From: Promethearchaeota archaeon
GTDB taxonomy: Archaea; Asgardarchaeota; Lokiarchaeia; Sigyniarchaeales; SOKP01
Reading direction: 5' to 3'
Assembly (NCBI GenBank): GCA_016926735.1
Contig: JAFGOA010000187.1
Span: forward strand, 1 to 64,000
DNA: 64,000 nt
This document shows positions 10,323-21,291 of the stretch, in pieces (the stretch's first letter is position 1; every line of letters begins with the position of its first letter). Position numbers and translations under genes: made by a program. The notes below the pieces were generated by a model, which did not search any database, was not told where the DNA came from, and was given only the letters and a program-made list of their open reading frames with translations.

Positions 10323-10580
10323 ATCAGAACCTTCTTTTTGATTAATAATTGAATTATCTTTATTAAATACAATCATATTTTTGCTTTTTGATACTCGAAA
10401 AACAGTTATAATATTATTGCTTTCCATCTTCATAAAAATTTCTTCTAGATTATATGAATTAATGTATGGATATTCTTTTCTTAATAATTCTTCTATTCTT
10501 TTATCAAGGGCTTCTCCTTTATTATCAATTAGTATATCTATAATTGAATTGATAATTGGTCTTTTATTCCATCTATCCAA
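10314..10580 (-). CDS. Small winged-helix-like protein
   Basis: 88 aa; helix-helix-helix-beta-hairpin pattern (LEEIFMKMESNNIITV); directly downstream of cdc48. Confidence 0.55.
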   Translation of the reverse strand: MDRWNKRPIINSIIDILIDNKGEALDKRIEELLRKEYPYINSYNLEEIFMKMESNNIITVFRVSKSKNMIVFNKDNSIINQKEGSDST

Positions 10581-10677
10581 GTTTTTTACCTCGATTATAA
10601 TAAATAAATTTTTTTTTTATATTTGAAAAATAAGGGATATTTTAATTCATGTTTGAAAATTAATTAATTTTTTGTAA

Positions 10678-12915
10678 CTAAACAAATAATCCTTCTTGTT
10701 TTTCATCTTTAATTTTTCTACGTTTTAGTTTAGTAGCAAATTCTTCATACCATTTCAAAATTTCTGGTGTTATTGCAGGATGTACTTCTTCTTTTGATTC
10801 TTTAAAATGTTCAATAGAGACTTTACGAGCTCTTACATTCTCCCTAAGTGCTGTCATAGCGGCTTCTCGACACCAAGTTTCTAAATCTGCTCCAGAAAAC
10901 CCTTCTGTCATCTCTACTAATTCTCTTAACTCTACATTCGTAGCTAATGGCATATCTTTACTAAAAATCCTTAAAATTTCTAATCTTTCATCCTTATTTG
11001 GAGGTGGAACAAATAAAATACGATCGATTCTTCCAGGTCTAATTAAGGCAGGATCCAGAATATCTGGTCTATTTGTAGCAGCTATTACTACTATATCTTT
11101 CATAACCTCAAGCCCATCTAATTCTGTTAAAAATTGCGATAATACTTTTTCAGTTACTCCTGAATCAGATGTATATCGTCCTCTGGTTGGAGCAATGGAA
11201 TCAAATTCATCAAAAAATATAATACATGGAGCCGCCATTTTTGCTTTTCTAAATACTTCTCGAATTGCTTTTTCACTTTCTCCAACCCATTTCGATAATA
11301 ATTCTGGTCCTTTTATTGAAATAAAATTTGCTTTACTTTCAGTAGCAATTGCTCTAGCTAATAAGGTTTTACCGCAGCCTGGAGGACCATATAATAGAAC
11401 TCCCTTAGGAGGATCAATTCCCATACGTTTAAAGATATTAGGGTGAGATAATGGCCAATCTACAGCTTCTAATAATTTTTGTTTTAGGTCTTCTAATCCT
11501 CCAACACGAGACCAGTTTACATTTGGTATTTCAACAAACACCTCTCTAATCCCTGAAGGAAGTACTTCTTTAAGAGCTTGTTCGAAATCCTCTCTTGTTA
11601 CTTGAATTTGTTCTAAGAGTTCTGGATCGATAATTTCAGATTCTAAATCTATACTTGGTAAATATCTTCTTAAAGCGGACATCGCAGCTTCCCTGCACAC
11701 AGCAGAAATATCTGCTCCTACAAATCCATGTGTGATTTGTGAAAAGTCTTTTATTAATAATATTTTATTGTCAAGTGGCATATTTCTGGTGTGAATTTGA
11801 AAGATCTCTCTTCTTCCTTTTTCATTTGGAACTTTAATTTCAATTTCTCTATCAAATCTTCCTGGTCTTCTTAAAGCAGAATCTAAGCTATTAGGCCTAT
11901 TTGTAGCTCCAATAACTATAACTCTTCCACGACTATGTAATCCATCCATTAATGCTAATAATTGAGCAACAACTCTTCTTTCTACTTCTCCTGTAACTGT
12001 CTCTCTTTTAGGTGCTATAGCATCGATTTCATCAATAAATATTATAGATGGGCTTTTTTCTTCTGCTTCTATAAATATTTTTCTTAATTTCTTTTCTGAT
12101 TCCCCATAAAATTTGCTCATTATTTCTGGACCATTTATAGAAATAAAATTAGCTTCACTTTCATTTGCAACAACTCTTGCGAGTAGTGTTTTACCGCATC
12201 CTGGTGGACCACGTAGCAAGACACCCTTTGGTGGATCAATTCCTAAGCGCTTAAATAATGATGGATGTCTGAGTGGTAACTCTACCATTTCTCGAACTCT
12301 TTGTATTTCACGATCTAATCCTCCTACATCTTCATAAGTGATATAACTTGCACTTTTTTCTTCCTCCTCAGTTATATGTTCACTAATACTAAGGGTTGTC
12401 TCTTGTTTTATAATACATACTCCTTTAGGTCTAAGATTAATAACCTTGAATGTTATTTCTCTACTAATTCCAATAGAAATTAAAATAATATCATCTAAAG
12501 TTACTGGGTAATTGCTGAGTTTTCTTTTAACAAATGTTTCAAATCGAGGATTACTTCTTATTCTTACACTTGCAGGGGCTAATACCACATTCTGGGCAAT
12601 TATTGCTTCTACTTTCTGTATTTCTACAGTATCATCTATACTTGTTCCAGTATTTTTTCTTAAACGAGAATCTACTCGAACAATTCCTAAACCATTATCT
12701 TGTGGATAACTAGGCCAAGCAATACCTGCACTTTCTTTTTTACCTCTAAGGGCGATAACATCACCTGTCTGAATATTTAATTCTTCCATTGTTTTTGGAT
12801 CTATTCTTATGATATTCCGTCCTATATCTCTTTTCTTCGCTTTTTGAATTCGAAGAGTTACTTTTGGAAGCTCCTCGTTATCTTTCTTATTATCTTTACT
12901 ATCAGAACTAGTCAT
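10678..12915 (-). CDS. cdc48: CDC48/VCP AAA+ ATPase
   Basis: N domain plus two AAA modules (GPPGCGKT twice, FIDEID/FFDEFD, RPGRFD/RPGRID). Confidence 0.97.
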   Translation of the reverse strand: MTSSDSKDNKKDNEELPKVTLRIQKAKKRDIGRNIIRIDPKTMEELNIQTGDVIALRGKKESAGIAWPSYPQDNGLGIVRVDSRLRKNTGTSIDDTVEIQKVEAIIAQNVVLAPASVRIRSNPRFETFVKRKLSNYPVTLDDIILISIGISREITFKVINLRPKGVCIIKQETTLSISEHITEEEEKSASYITYEDVGGLDREIQRVREMVELPLRHPSLFKRLGIDPPKGVLLRGPPGCGKTLLARVVANESEANFISINGPEIMSKFYGESEKKLRKIFIEAEEKSPSIIFIDEIDAIAPKRETVTGEVERRVVAQLLALMDGLHSRGRVIVIGATNRPNSLDSALRRPGRFDREIEIKVPNEKGRREIFQIHTRNMPLDNKILLIKDFSQITHGFVGADISAVCREAAMSALRRYLPSIDLESEIIDPELLEQIQVTREDFEQALKEVLPSGIREVFVEIPNVNWSRVGGLEDLKQKLLEAVDWPLSHPNIFKRMGIDPPKGVLLYGPPGCGKTLLARAIATESKANFISIKGPELLSKWVGESEKAIREVFRKAKMAAPCIIFFDEFDSIAPTRGRYTSDSGVTEKVLSQFLTELDGLEVMKDIVVIAATNRPDILDPALIRPGRIDRILFVPPPNKDERLEILRIFSKDMPLATNVELRELVEMTEGFSGADLETWCREAAMTALRENVRARKVSIEHFKESKEEVHPAITPEILKWYEEFATKLKRRKIKDEKQEGLFV

Positions 12916-13155
12916 AAAAATTCTATTTATAGAAATATTTCTTTATAATTATTTAAAAACAATATTTTTGTAAAAATTTTTGTATTTTAATATAAAAATC
13001 AACCATCATTAAAATTATGATGGTTCTATAAATTGAAAGATAAAACCTATTTTAAAATCTATTTTTATCTTTATTTAATTTAATTCTATTAATTATTGAC
13101 AATTAATAATTTTTAACTTATTTTTTATAAAATTAAATCACTAAAATTATTTAAT

Positions 13156-14205
13156 TTAATGAAAAAATGAATCTAAAGATACTTGTTTTGATTTATCATC
13201 AAATTTCTTCAATCTTTCTAATGCATTTTCTATTCTATTTTTAGAAAAATTATGTTGTTCAATCAGTAATTCTTCTATTTTATCATATAAAATTTTTTCC
13301 CATTTTAAAGCTGGATAATCTTTATTGATTTTTGGATATAGAAATATCTTTTTTACTTGGTCTATTAATTCAAGGTTTAAATTCTCTTTATTTTTAAGGA
13401 TTACGTCCTTATTATTAAGGATATTCTCCAATGAATTATATTTTTTGATTAATTCTAGAGCTTTGTGTTGTCCAATTCCTTTTATACCTGGAAAAAAGTC
13501 ATTCCCTATTAAAATTCCCATTTCAATCATTTGCTCTTTTGAAATACCAAAATGTTCTAAAACTTTTATAAGTGAGATATATTCGATATCTAAGGAAATT
13601 GTAGTATTTTTTATTTTCTTACTTCGACTAACTGCGAAATTTCGTAATAATCTTTTTCCACCAAATAAAAGAGTATCATAATCTTGGGAAGCACACGCCC
13701 AAGCATCACCATTTTGCACCATATATGCAGATTGAGCTTCTCCTTCTGATAATGCATCTATAATTGGAATTCCCATATATTTTATTAATTTTTTACTTTC
13801 TTCAATCATATTAGTATCTAATTTCGAGGTCATCTGAGCAAATTTTTTTGCTTCTCTCATATCCCCTTTTTCCTGTGCTTCGACCATTTTGATTTGAGCT
13901 TCTTTCTTTATTTTTCTCCGTTCTTCTATAGTTTCCATTTTTAATATTGATGGCTTTCCGTCAAATACATAAATAGGTTTGATATTATGTTCTAAGAAAT
14001 TGATAGATCTATAGAACAAGCCTGATAAATGAGAAGTTACATTTCCTTCAAAATCTTTTAGAGGAGTTCCATCTCTTTGTCTAATAATTGCTAAAAATTG
14101 ATATATTGTATTAAATGCGTCAATTGCTATTTTTTTATTCAAAAGATTTTCAAAAGTAATTTTTCTTTTTACATCCTTAACTAAATCATTTATTTTTACT
14201 CCCAT
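13156..14205 (-). CDS. fen1: Flap endonuclease 1
   Basis: IDAFNTIYQFL, TSHLSGLFYR, SEGEAQ, SQDYD, and a C-terminal PIP box QVSLDSFF. Confidence 0.97.
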   Translation of the reverse strand: MGVKINDLVKDVKRKITFENLLNKKIAIDAFNTIYQFLAIIRQRDGTPLKDFEGNVTSHLSGLFYRSINFLEHNIKPIYVFDGKPSILKMETIEERRKIKKEAQIKMVEAQEKGDMREAKKFAQMTSKLDTNMIEESKKLIKYMGIPIIDALSEGEAQSAYMVQNGDAWACASQDYDTLLFGGKRLLRNFAVSRSKKIKNTTISLDIEYISLIKVLEHFGISKEQMIEMGILIGNDFFPGIKGIGQHKALELIKKYNSLENILNNKDVILKNKENLNLELIDQVKKIFLYPKINKDYPALKWEKILYDKIEELLIEQHNFSKNRIENALERLKKFDDKSKQVSLDSFFH

Positions 14206-14272
14206 TTAGAACACTTCAGATTAATATAATAATAATAATAAATTCCTTTCTATTTATTTTAATGGATATCAA

Positions 14273-14830
14273 TTAATTTTTCTTTTCTCTTCTTTCTAAT
14301 TTAGAACCACAAATCTCACAAATAAATTCTTTTGAGTTCACGACATTTCTGCATAGAGGACAAAAAATCTCAAAAATCTTTTTTTTCTTTATACCCTCTT
14401 TTATCAATGAAGAGAACGACAATCCTAATTCCATGCATAAATTCTCCATTGTATAATCGTTAGTATATATGATAACTTTTGAATCAATGGTTTCCTTAAT
14501 TTCTAAGGTTAAAGCTATTAATTTTAGATCTACATCAGATAATGATCTTAAAATATTTGTCTTTAAAGCAAGGTTTTTGATCTGATTAATATATTTTTCA
14601 TTAGGTGTTTTTAATATCAGCTGATTTGAAGCTATTGCACATTTAATTCTCTCAATAATATTTCTATTTTTGATAATATATCTATCCACTTCAATTTCAT
14701 CTAATACTTCTTGAATTGTGTAAATATGACTTTTTATTACACTAAAATCAAACCCAGTTAAGAAAATATTTGTATCAAAAACCATTGAATTTTTTTTATC
14801 CTTCTCTGGGACTTTTATTGATTTATTCAT
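14273..14830 (-). CDS. nob1: Nob1-like PIN endonuclease with zinc ribbon
   Basis: VFDTN, LSDVDLKLIAL, TNDYTMEN, CPLC...CEICGS. Confidence 0.85.
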   Translation of the reverse strand: MNKSIKVPEKDKKNSMVFDTNIFLTGFDFSVIKSHIYTIQEVLDEIEVDRYIIKNRNIIERIKCAIASNQLILKTPNEKYINQIKNLALKTNILRSLSDVDLKLIALTLEIKETIDSKVIIYTNDYTMENLCMELGLSFSSLIKEGIKKKKIFEIFCPLCRNVVNSKEFICEICGSKLERREKKN

Positions 14831-14877
14831 ATTAATTTGGATTAATAACGTTTTATCTATAAGTTTTGATACAAATG

Positions 14878-15792
14878 TTATTCTTCAGGTGAATCATCTA
14901 AAGGGAATCTTAGATTACCAATAATTTTCTTTCTTAATCGCTTATAATAATTCAAAGAAAGTGATGTCGAAAGACGTATAAATTTTGTGTAACATTTTGC
15001 TTCTCTTATTCTAATTTTTGAATTTGGTTGGATTTCCCTAATTGTTGTTTGACCATCAATTACTATTTTTCCATTTAATCTTGGTCTTAATAACCTTATT
15101 TCTACTTCACTATTAATAGGTATAATTATAGGTTTTAATCCCGTACGAGCATATGGATTTAATTCTGTTATTTGCATAATATCTAATTTAGGAGACACAA
15201 TTGATCCCCCAGCACTGAGATTATATGCCGTTGATCCTGTAGACGTTGAAATGATCACTCCATCAAGATAACTTCTACTTATAAAAACACCATCAATTTT
15301 AATTGAAATTTGTAAAACTTTCGAAAATTTGGACGAAATTATTAGGATCTCATTTAAAGCATTACCTAATCTTAATTCCTCCGAATTATTTTTAATTAAA
15401 TAAGCTGTCAACTTAGAAACATTTTCTATTAGATAATCACCTTTTAGTACTTTTTCTAAATCATTATATATCCTTTTTTCGAAAGTTTCATCAAGAAATC
15501 CTATAGATCCTATATTTACTCCTAAAATAGGAGGGGGATTTTTTTGAGATAATCCATTTACAACTCTGAGAACACTACCATCTCCTCCAATAATAATTAT
15601 GAATTCTGAGTTATCTGCTGTTATATCTTCCAAATCAATACTACTATGCGGCATTATTTTGGGAGCAATCCTTGTCTCCAGAAGAACTTCTTTACTTTTC
15701 TTTTTAGTTAAAAAATTAAAGATATTTCTTGCTAAATTCAAGGCACGCTCGGAATCCATCCTACATGCTATTGTGATAGGTTTTTTTTCCAT
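14878..15792 (-). CDS. nadK: NAD kinase
   Basis: GGDGSVL, GVNIGSIGFL, ALNE, DGVIISTSTGSTAYNLSAGG. Confidence 0.95.
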   Translation of the reverse strand: MEKKPITIACRMDSERALNLARNIFNFLTKKKSKEVLLETRIAPKIMPHSSIDLEDITADNSEFIIIIGGDGSVLRVVNGLSQKNPPPILGVNIGSIGFLDETFEKRIYNDLEKVLKGDYLIENVSKLTAYLIKNNSEELRLGNALNEILIISSKFSKVLQISIKIDGVFISRSYLDGVIISTSTGSTAYNLSAGGSIVSPKLDIMQITELNPYARTGLKPIIIPINSEVEIRLLRPRLNGKIVIDGQTTIREIQPNSKIRIREAKCYTKFIRLSTSLSLNYYKRLRKKIIGNLRFPLDDSPEE

Positions 15793-15889
15793 TCATCTCA
15801 AATATTTATTTTTAATCTTCCTTAAAAAATAGTAATTTAAAATAAAAATAAAATTTATGTTTTCGAAAAAACAGAAAAAGAAAATAACT

Positions 15890-16321
15890 CTATTTAGCTG
15901 CAAAAATTCTATTGATTAATGTTTTACCCGCTAGATTCCAATATTCTACTTGAGTTTGTGCCATTTCTGAAGGATTTTGCTGTAAATCTGATAATTTATT
16001 TTTCATTTCTTCATCTTTTGGCCAAGCTACATCAAAAGATTCATATGTTTCTAAATCCATAATATTAATAGTTACATCTTCAATAAAATTAATTTGAGCA
16101 TTTCCTTTTATAATTTCTGGAACTTCTACCATATGACCACTTGGAATGGTTAAAGAACGCTTATTATCATCAAAAACACCGACACATACAACACGAACTT
16201 TAGCATGTCCATGTTTTCCGGATTTACTCCGTTCTGTGCTCTTAATTATGCAAGCCTCATCTTCAACCATAATATAATTTCCAGTTTTTAACTTTTGTAT
16301 TTCTTCTCTTCTGATTGAAAT
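15890..16321 (-). CDS. eif5a: Translation factor aIF5A; true start is probably ATT at 16321 (143 aa)
   Basis: SKSGKHGHAK hypusine loop. The frame extends upstream of ATG 16270 with SIRREEIQKLKTGNYI, is bounded by an in-frame TGA, and has a GGTGA RBS at 16328-16332. Confidence 0.93.
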   Translation of the reverse strand: MSIRREEIQKLKTGNYIMVEDEACIIKSTERSKSGKHGHAKVRVVCVGVFDDNKRSLTIPSGHMVEVPEIIKGNAQINFIEDVTINIMDLETYESFDVAWPKDEEMKNKLSDLQQNPSEMAQTQVEYWNLAGKTLINRIFAAK

Positions 16322-16580
16322 AATAATTCACCTATCTTAAAATAAAAAAATTCCTTGATTTTATTTGAAAAATCCAATATTTTTTCTTTTTATTATAATC
16401 AAAATTAATAGTTATTCATATATTTTTTTAAAAAACATTTGAATTTTTCTCTCTGAAAAAAAATAATCCTTGCTTTTTTTGATTTGAATTTTTTAAAAAT
16501 AATTTAAATAAATCTCCAAAAAAAGATTTATTTTAAAGAATTAATTAAATTAATTTAAAAATTAAATAACGCTGAATTTT

Positions 16581-17945
16581 ATGGTTTTAGAAAATCTTGG
16601 TAAATCATTAGACAATGCTATTCGTAAAATACGTAGATTACCTAAAATAGATAAGGATGCTATTAACGCACTCATTCAAGACTTACAGAGATCACTTCTA
16701 CAAAGTGATGTAAAAGTTGAACTAGTGCTTGAAATGACAGAAAATATAAAAAAAGAAGCAATGAATACAACACTTCAGAAAGCAAGCAGAAAAGAATTCA
16801 TAATAAAGCTTGTTCATGATGAATTAATAAAAGTATTAGGAGGAAAGCCCGCTCCAATTAGAATTAATCCTAAAAAAAAAAATGTGATTTTATTAGTTGG
16901 AATTCAAGGTTCTGGAAAAACTACATCAATTGGTAAATTAGCACAATATTATAAAAGCAAAGGATTTAAAGTAGCAACATTAACGACAGATACGTGGAGA
17001 CCTGGAGCTTATGAACAATTAATGCAATTAACCAAACAAATAGATGTAAAATGTTTTGGAGATCCAAATGAAAAAAATCCTCTAAAAATTGCAGTAAAAG
17101 AAACAAAAAAAGCATTGAATGAAGGTTTTGATGTTTTAATTGTTGATACCGCAGGTAGACATAAACAAGAAACGGAATTAATGGAAGAAATGATAAAAAT
17201 TGAGAAAGTTCTTAAACCAAATGAAGTAATTTTGGTAATTGATGGGACATTAGGACAACAAGCATATTCACAAGCAAAAGAATTTTCAAAAGCAACAAAT
17301 CTTGGAAGTATAATTGTAACTAAACTTGATGGTACTGCAAAAGGAGGAGGAGCGCTTTCTGCATGTGCTGCAACCAACGTACCTATAAGATTTATCGGTG
17401 TTGGAGAAAAGATTGACGAATTAGAACAATTCAATCCAACAACCTTTGTTGGAAGTTTATTAGGAGTTCCAGATATGGAAGGTCTTTTAGAAAGAGTTCA
17501 AGAGGCAGAAATTATGCCCGATTCTGAAGCAGTTAAACGCATGTTGAAAGGAAAATTTACCTTAGATGATCTTTGCACACAACTAAAATCTTTTAAAAAA
17601 ATTGGAAAATTCAAACAAGTTATTGCTATGATGGGTGGGGGCAATATTCCAGATATAATGAAAGAGGATGCTGAGAAAAATATAGAAAAATGGGAAATTG
17701 TTTTAAATTCCATCACTCCTGAAGAAAAATTACAGCCGGAAATTATCAAAAGATCAAGAAAGAAAAGAATTGCTATAGGTTCAGGTCAACCTTATTCTGT
17801 AATAAATAAAATGCTTGATCAATATCGTCAAATGAAAAAAGTAATGAAAAATATGGCTCAAATGAGAAAAAAAGCAGGTAAAGGTAATTTACCTCCTGGA
17901 TTTGATAAAATAATGAAGTCATTTGGTGGATTTGGTGGATTTTAA
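16581..17945 (+). CDS. srp54: Signal recognition particle protein SRP54
   Basis: GIQGSGKTT, DTWRPGAYEQL, DTAGRH, TKLDGTAKGGGALS, Met-rich M domain. Confidence 0.97.
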   Translation: MVLENLGKSLDNAIRKIRRLPKIDKDAINALIQDLQRSLLQSDVKVELVLEMTENIKKEAMNTTLQKASRKEFIIKLVHDELIKVLGGKPAPIRINPKKKNVILLVGIQGSGKTTSIGKLAQYYKSKGFKVATLTTDTWRPGAYEQLMQLTKQIDVKCFGDPNEKNPLKIAVKETKKALNEGFDVLIVDTAGRHKQETELMEEMIKIEKVLKPNEVILVIDGTLGQQAYSQAKEFSKATNLGSIIVTKLDGTAKGGGALSACAATNVPIRFIGVGEKIDELEQFNPTTFVGSLLGVPDMEGLLERVQEAEIMPDSEAVKRMLKGKFTLDDLCTQLKSFKKIGKFKQVIAMMGGGNIPDIMKEDAEKNIEKWEIVLNSITPEEKLQPEIIKRSRKKRIAIGSGQPYSVINKMLDQYRQMKKVMKNMAQMRKKAGKGNLPPGFDKIMKSFGGFGGF

Positions 17946-18020
17946 ATTAAATAGAATTTATGTATAGTAAATTAAAAAAAGAAGATATTTAGAACTATTT
18001 ATTTCATTATATTTTTAAAA

Positions 18021-18356
18021 TTATCTTGGACCGCCACCCATAGAAGTAAAGTATTCAGAAGATTGAAATACATCTGCTGTTATTACATTATCACAATTTT
18101 TGCATGATAATAATGTTACTGGAAAAGCTCCAATTTTATCAAAATACCTATTTGCAAATTTCAAAACCATTTTTGATCCCATTTTTGCAAAACTTTTTCC
18201 AAAAGGCATACATTCTGCTTGAATTTCTAAAAAAGTTCCAATTGCTTGTAATACTTTTTCTTTAAACTCTTGATCAAACTCTACTGGTTTTAAACTCAAT
18301 TTTACATCAAGTTCATTATTACAATAAGGACATAAGGGCATTATTTCTTCATTCAT
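18021..18356 (-). CDS. Hypothetical zinc-binding protein
   Basis: CPYC and CKNC separated by about 70 aa that include an amphipathic stretch. Confidence 0.6.
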   Translation of the reverse strand: MNEEIMPLCPYCNNELDVKLSLKPVEFDQEFKEKVLQAIGTFLEIQAECMPFGKSFAKMGSKMVLKFANRYFDKIGAFPVTLLSCKNCDNVITADVFQSSEYFTSMGGGPR

Positions 18357-18463
18357 TTTATTATTTATTTTAAATATAAATATATCTAATTATACAGAAT
18401 TGAATAAAATACTTATGCAATTATATCTTATTTTTTTAAAACTACTCTTTTTTTTGATGAAAA

Positions 18464-19147
18464 TTGACTGAGTTCTTATTAATAATTAATAAAATCATAA
18501 ATTATACAAAAAAAGATATAGACAATGGAAATACCCCTTCAAAAATCTATAAAATATGTTCTTGTATCCGAGAATCTTTTTGCCTTTCATACGCTATAAG
18601 AAAAAATAACAGATTATGGATATATTTTCATAAAGAAAATTATTTAATTGAATTAAATGGAGAAAAATTAAGATTTCTTGGTTCTGATGAAAGAAGTCAA
18701 GCATTATTGTTAATAAAAGCAATAAATATGAGTAATATTATAGTTTTAGATAAATGGAAACAGTCTACACCGGGTATATTCGTTAGAAAATTTGAAAATG
18801 AAATACAATACTATTCATATCTATGTAATAACATGAATAAAGAGGTAACAATAATTCCTTTTAAAAAATCATTAGATCCTTTTTACTTTGAAGAAAAGAA
18901 AAATAAAATAGAAATTAAATCAAATAATATAATAGACCTAGAGAAATTTGAAGATAAATTGCATATTTTATCTTTTAACAAAAAATCTGATGATATATTG
19001 ATATCATTTATCTCCTATCTCTATTATTTAAATAAAGAACTATTGAATAATATTATTATTCTAAAAACCAATAAAATAGTTGGAATAGTAGATAAAATAT
19101 TATATATAAATTATTTAACTGATACACACAAAAAAAAAAAAGATTAA
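18464..19147 (+). CDS. TrmY-like SPOUT protein (tRNA pseudouridine54-N1-methyltransferase family) with degenerate C terminus
   Basis: CIRESFCLSYAIRKN, NGEKLRFLGSDERS and STPGIFV match the TrmY N-terminal half. Confidence 0.65.
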   Translation: MTEFLLIINKIINYTKKDIDNGNTPSKIYKICSCIRESFCLSYAIRKNNRLWIYFHKENYLIELNGEKLRFLGSDERSQALLLIKAINMSNIIVLDKWKQSTPGIFVRKFENEIQYYSYLCNNMNKEVTIIPFKKSLDPFYFEEKKNKIEIKSNNIIDLEKFEDKLHILSFNKKSDDILISFISYLYYLNKELLNNIIILKTNKIVGIVDKILYINYLTDTHKKKKD

Positions 19148-19148
19148 T

Positions 19149-20528
19149 TTGATATTACAGAATTTAAAAATTTTTTCTGAAGGAATTCTTAGAAAAGGAG
19201 CCCTTGTTATACATAATGGGAAAATCAAATCAATCTATTACAATGAGAGTTCTGATGATCAAAAAGAAAATCATGATAAAATAATTGATTGTAAAGAAAA
19301 ACTTGTAATTCCTGGTATTATTGATATCCATTCTCACTTACGGGATCTTGGTCAAAGTGAGAAAGAAACATTTTTAACAGCAACAAAAGCAGCAGCAGTT
19401 TCTGGTATAACAACTGTTTTTAATATGCCAAATACCATTCCTCCAGCTATTACCGCAGAACAAGTTAAATCGTGGATGTATAAAGCAGAGAAAAAAATCT
19501 TTGTTAATGTTGGATTTATCTCTGGTATTCCAAAAAACATTGATTTAGAGGAAATTTCAAAAATTATTAATTTAGGTGTAATTGGATTTAAAATCTATCC
19601 CCTAGGATCAATAAATGAAATAGATTGGACAAATCCTCTTAATATTCAAAAAATACTCAGAATATCTTCAGATTATCAAATTCCTATCTTTATTCATCCA
19701 GACTTCTCTTTAACTAAGAATGAAAAAGATCTTATTTTAAAAAAGCATCAAAATAAAGAAATAAATATTTTGAAATTGCATAATGAACTTTATCCTCCCA
19801 AAAAAGAAGTAGAATATGTAGAATTCATTTTGAATAATTATTATAATTTTATAAATGATAACAATACTCTTTTAGAAAATTATCCAACAATACATTTCTG
19901 TCATATCAGCTGCAAAGATAGTTACTTAGCTATTAAAAATGCTTTGAAAAAAAATGAGAGATTAAAAATATCTTTTGAAATAACTCCCCATCATTTGTTT
20001 TTAACCAATGATATAAAATTGAAAAATCCTAATTATGGAAAGGTATTACCACCATTAAGAGATAAACATGATTCACAATTCCTTTTTAATGAATTAAAAA
20101 AAGGAAATATCCAATTAATTGGTACGGACCATGCACCTCATACAATAAAGGAAAAAAATCAAAATTATATAAAAGCTCCTTCTGGATTTCCTGGTTTTGA
20201 AACGTATCCATTGATTTTGTTAGACAAGGTGTGTAATTTTGAATTATCACTCGATCTTTTTATCAGTATTACCTCTCAAAACCCTGCAAAAACTTTTAAT
20301 ATTAAAAATAAAGGATTTATAAAAGAAGGTTATGATGCTGATTTGGTGATCATCGATAAAATTCAAGAATATCCTATCAATTCTGAAAAATTTGAATCAA
20401 AAGCTAAATTTTCACCTTTTGAAAATATTTTTTCAAGGATACAAATTTGGAAGGTATTCTTAAAGGGAATTGAAATTAATAAAAATGATTCTCATCCCAA
20501 AGGACAAATCATAAAAAGAAATGAATAA
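19149..20528 (+). CDS. pyrC: Dihydroorotase (amidohydrolase superfamily)
   Basis: PGIIDIHSHLRD, NMPNTIPP, HFCHIS, EITPHHL, KVLPPLR, GTDHAPH. Confidence 0.88.
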   Translation: MILQNLKIFSEGILRKGALVIHNGKIKSIYYNESSDDQKENHDKIIDCKEKLVIPGIIDIHSHLRDLGQSEKETFLTATKAAAVSGITTVFNMPNTIPPAITAEQVKSWMYKAEKKIFVNVGFISGIPKNIDLEEISKIINLGVIGFKIYPLGSINEIDWTNPLNIQKILRISSDYQIPIFIHPDFSLTKNEKDLILKKHQNKEINILKLHNELYPPKKEVEYVEFILNNYYNFINDNNTLLENYPTIHFCHISCKDSYLAIKNALKKNERLKISFEITPHHLFLTNDIKLKNPNYGKVLPPLRDKHDSQFLFNELKKGNIQLIGTDHAPHTIKEKNQNYIKAPSGFPGFETYPLILLDKVCNFELSLDLFISITSQNPAKTFNIKNKGFIKEGYDADLVIIDKIQEYPINSEKFESKAKFSPFENIFSRIQIWKVFLKGIEINKNDSHPKGQIIKRNE

Positions 20529-20585
20529 TATTTATATCTATTAGTATAATGTCTAAATATATAATTAAAAATCATTCATATAAAC

Positions 20586-21215
20586 ATGTCAGAAGAAGAA
20601 CAATTTTCTTTGGAAGATGGGAAGTTGCTTGTGAAATTTGCTAGAGAGAATATTGAATATTATCTTAAAAATGATAGAAAAATCATAATTCCAGATATTG
20701 TAAAAGAAAAATTCAAAGATAAGTATGGATGTTTTGTAACTTTAAATAAAACAACTAACAATGGAAATCCTCTAAGAGGTTGTATTGGGTATATTGAACC
20801 TAAATATTCTCTATATGAAGTAATACATAGAGTATCTATAAGTTCAGCAGTGGAAGATCCAAGATTTCCTTCAGTATCTATTGAAGAAATGGATGAGATT
20901 ACGATTGAAATCTCGATATTAACTCCACCAGTTTTACTGGATGTTAATGATCCTAAAGAATATTTAGATAAAATAGTTATTGGGAGAGATGGACTGATTG
21001 CTGAAAAAGGTTTTCGACGTGGATTGCTTTTACCTCAAGTACCTGTTGATCATGAAAGAAACTGGGATGTTCCTACTTTTCTATCCCATACATGCCAAAA
21101 AGCATGGCTTTCCGCTGATGAGTGGAAAGATAAAACAACAAAAATATTTACATTTCAAGCTATATTATTTGAAGAAAAAATCCCAAGAGGAGATATAGTA
21201 AGAAAATATCTTTAG
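20586..21215 (+). CDS. AMMECR1-domain protein
   Basis: GCFVTL, LRGCIG, DPRF, GRDGL, GLLLPQV. Confidence 0.95.
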   Translation: MSEEEQFSLEDGKLLVKFARENIEYYLKNDRKIIIPDIVKEKFKDKYGCFVTLNKTTNNGNPLRGCIGYIEPKYSLYEVIHRVSISSAVEDPRFPSVSIEEMDEITIEISILTPPVLLDVNDPKEYLDKIVIGRDGLIAEKGFRRGLLLPQVPVDHERNWDVPTFLSHTCQKAWLSADEWKDKTTKIFTFQAILFEEKIPRGDIVRKYL

Positions 21216-21291
21216 GTTTTGGTATTAGAACTAAAAAAAATATTAATAATATTTTATAACATATAAAAAAAAAAATAAAAAAAAAACTATT

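Noticed and set aside
11195-12709. Antisense and alternate-frame ORFs over cdc48, and similar ones over srp54, pan, actin, mtd, AKR and others
   Set aside because: Shadow ORFs overlapping well-conserved genes, with no motifs of their own.
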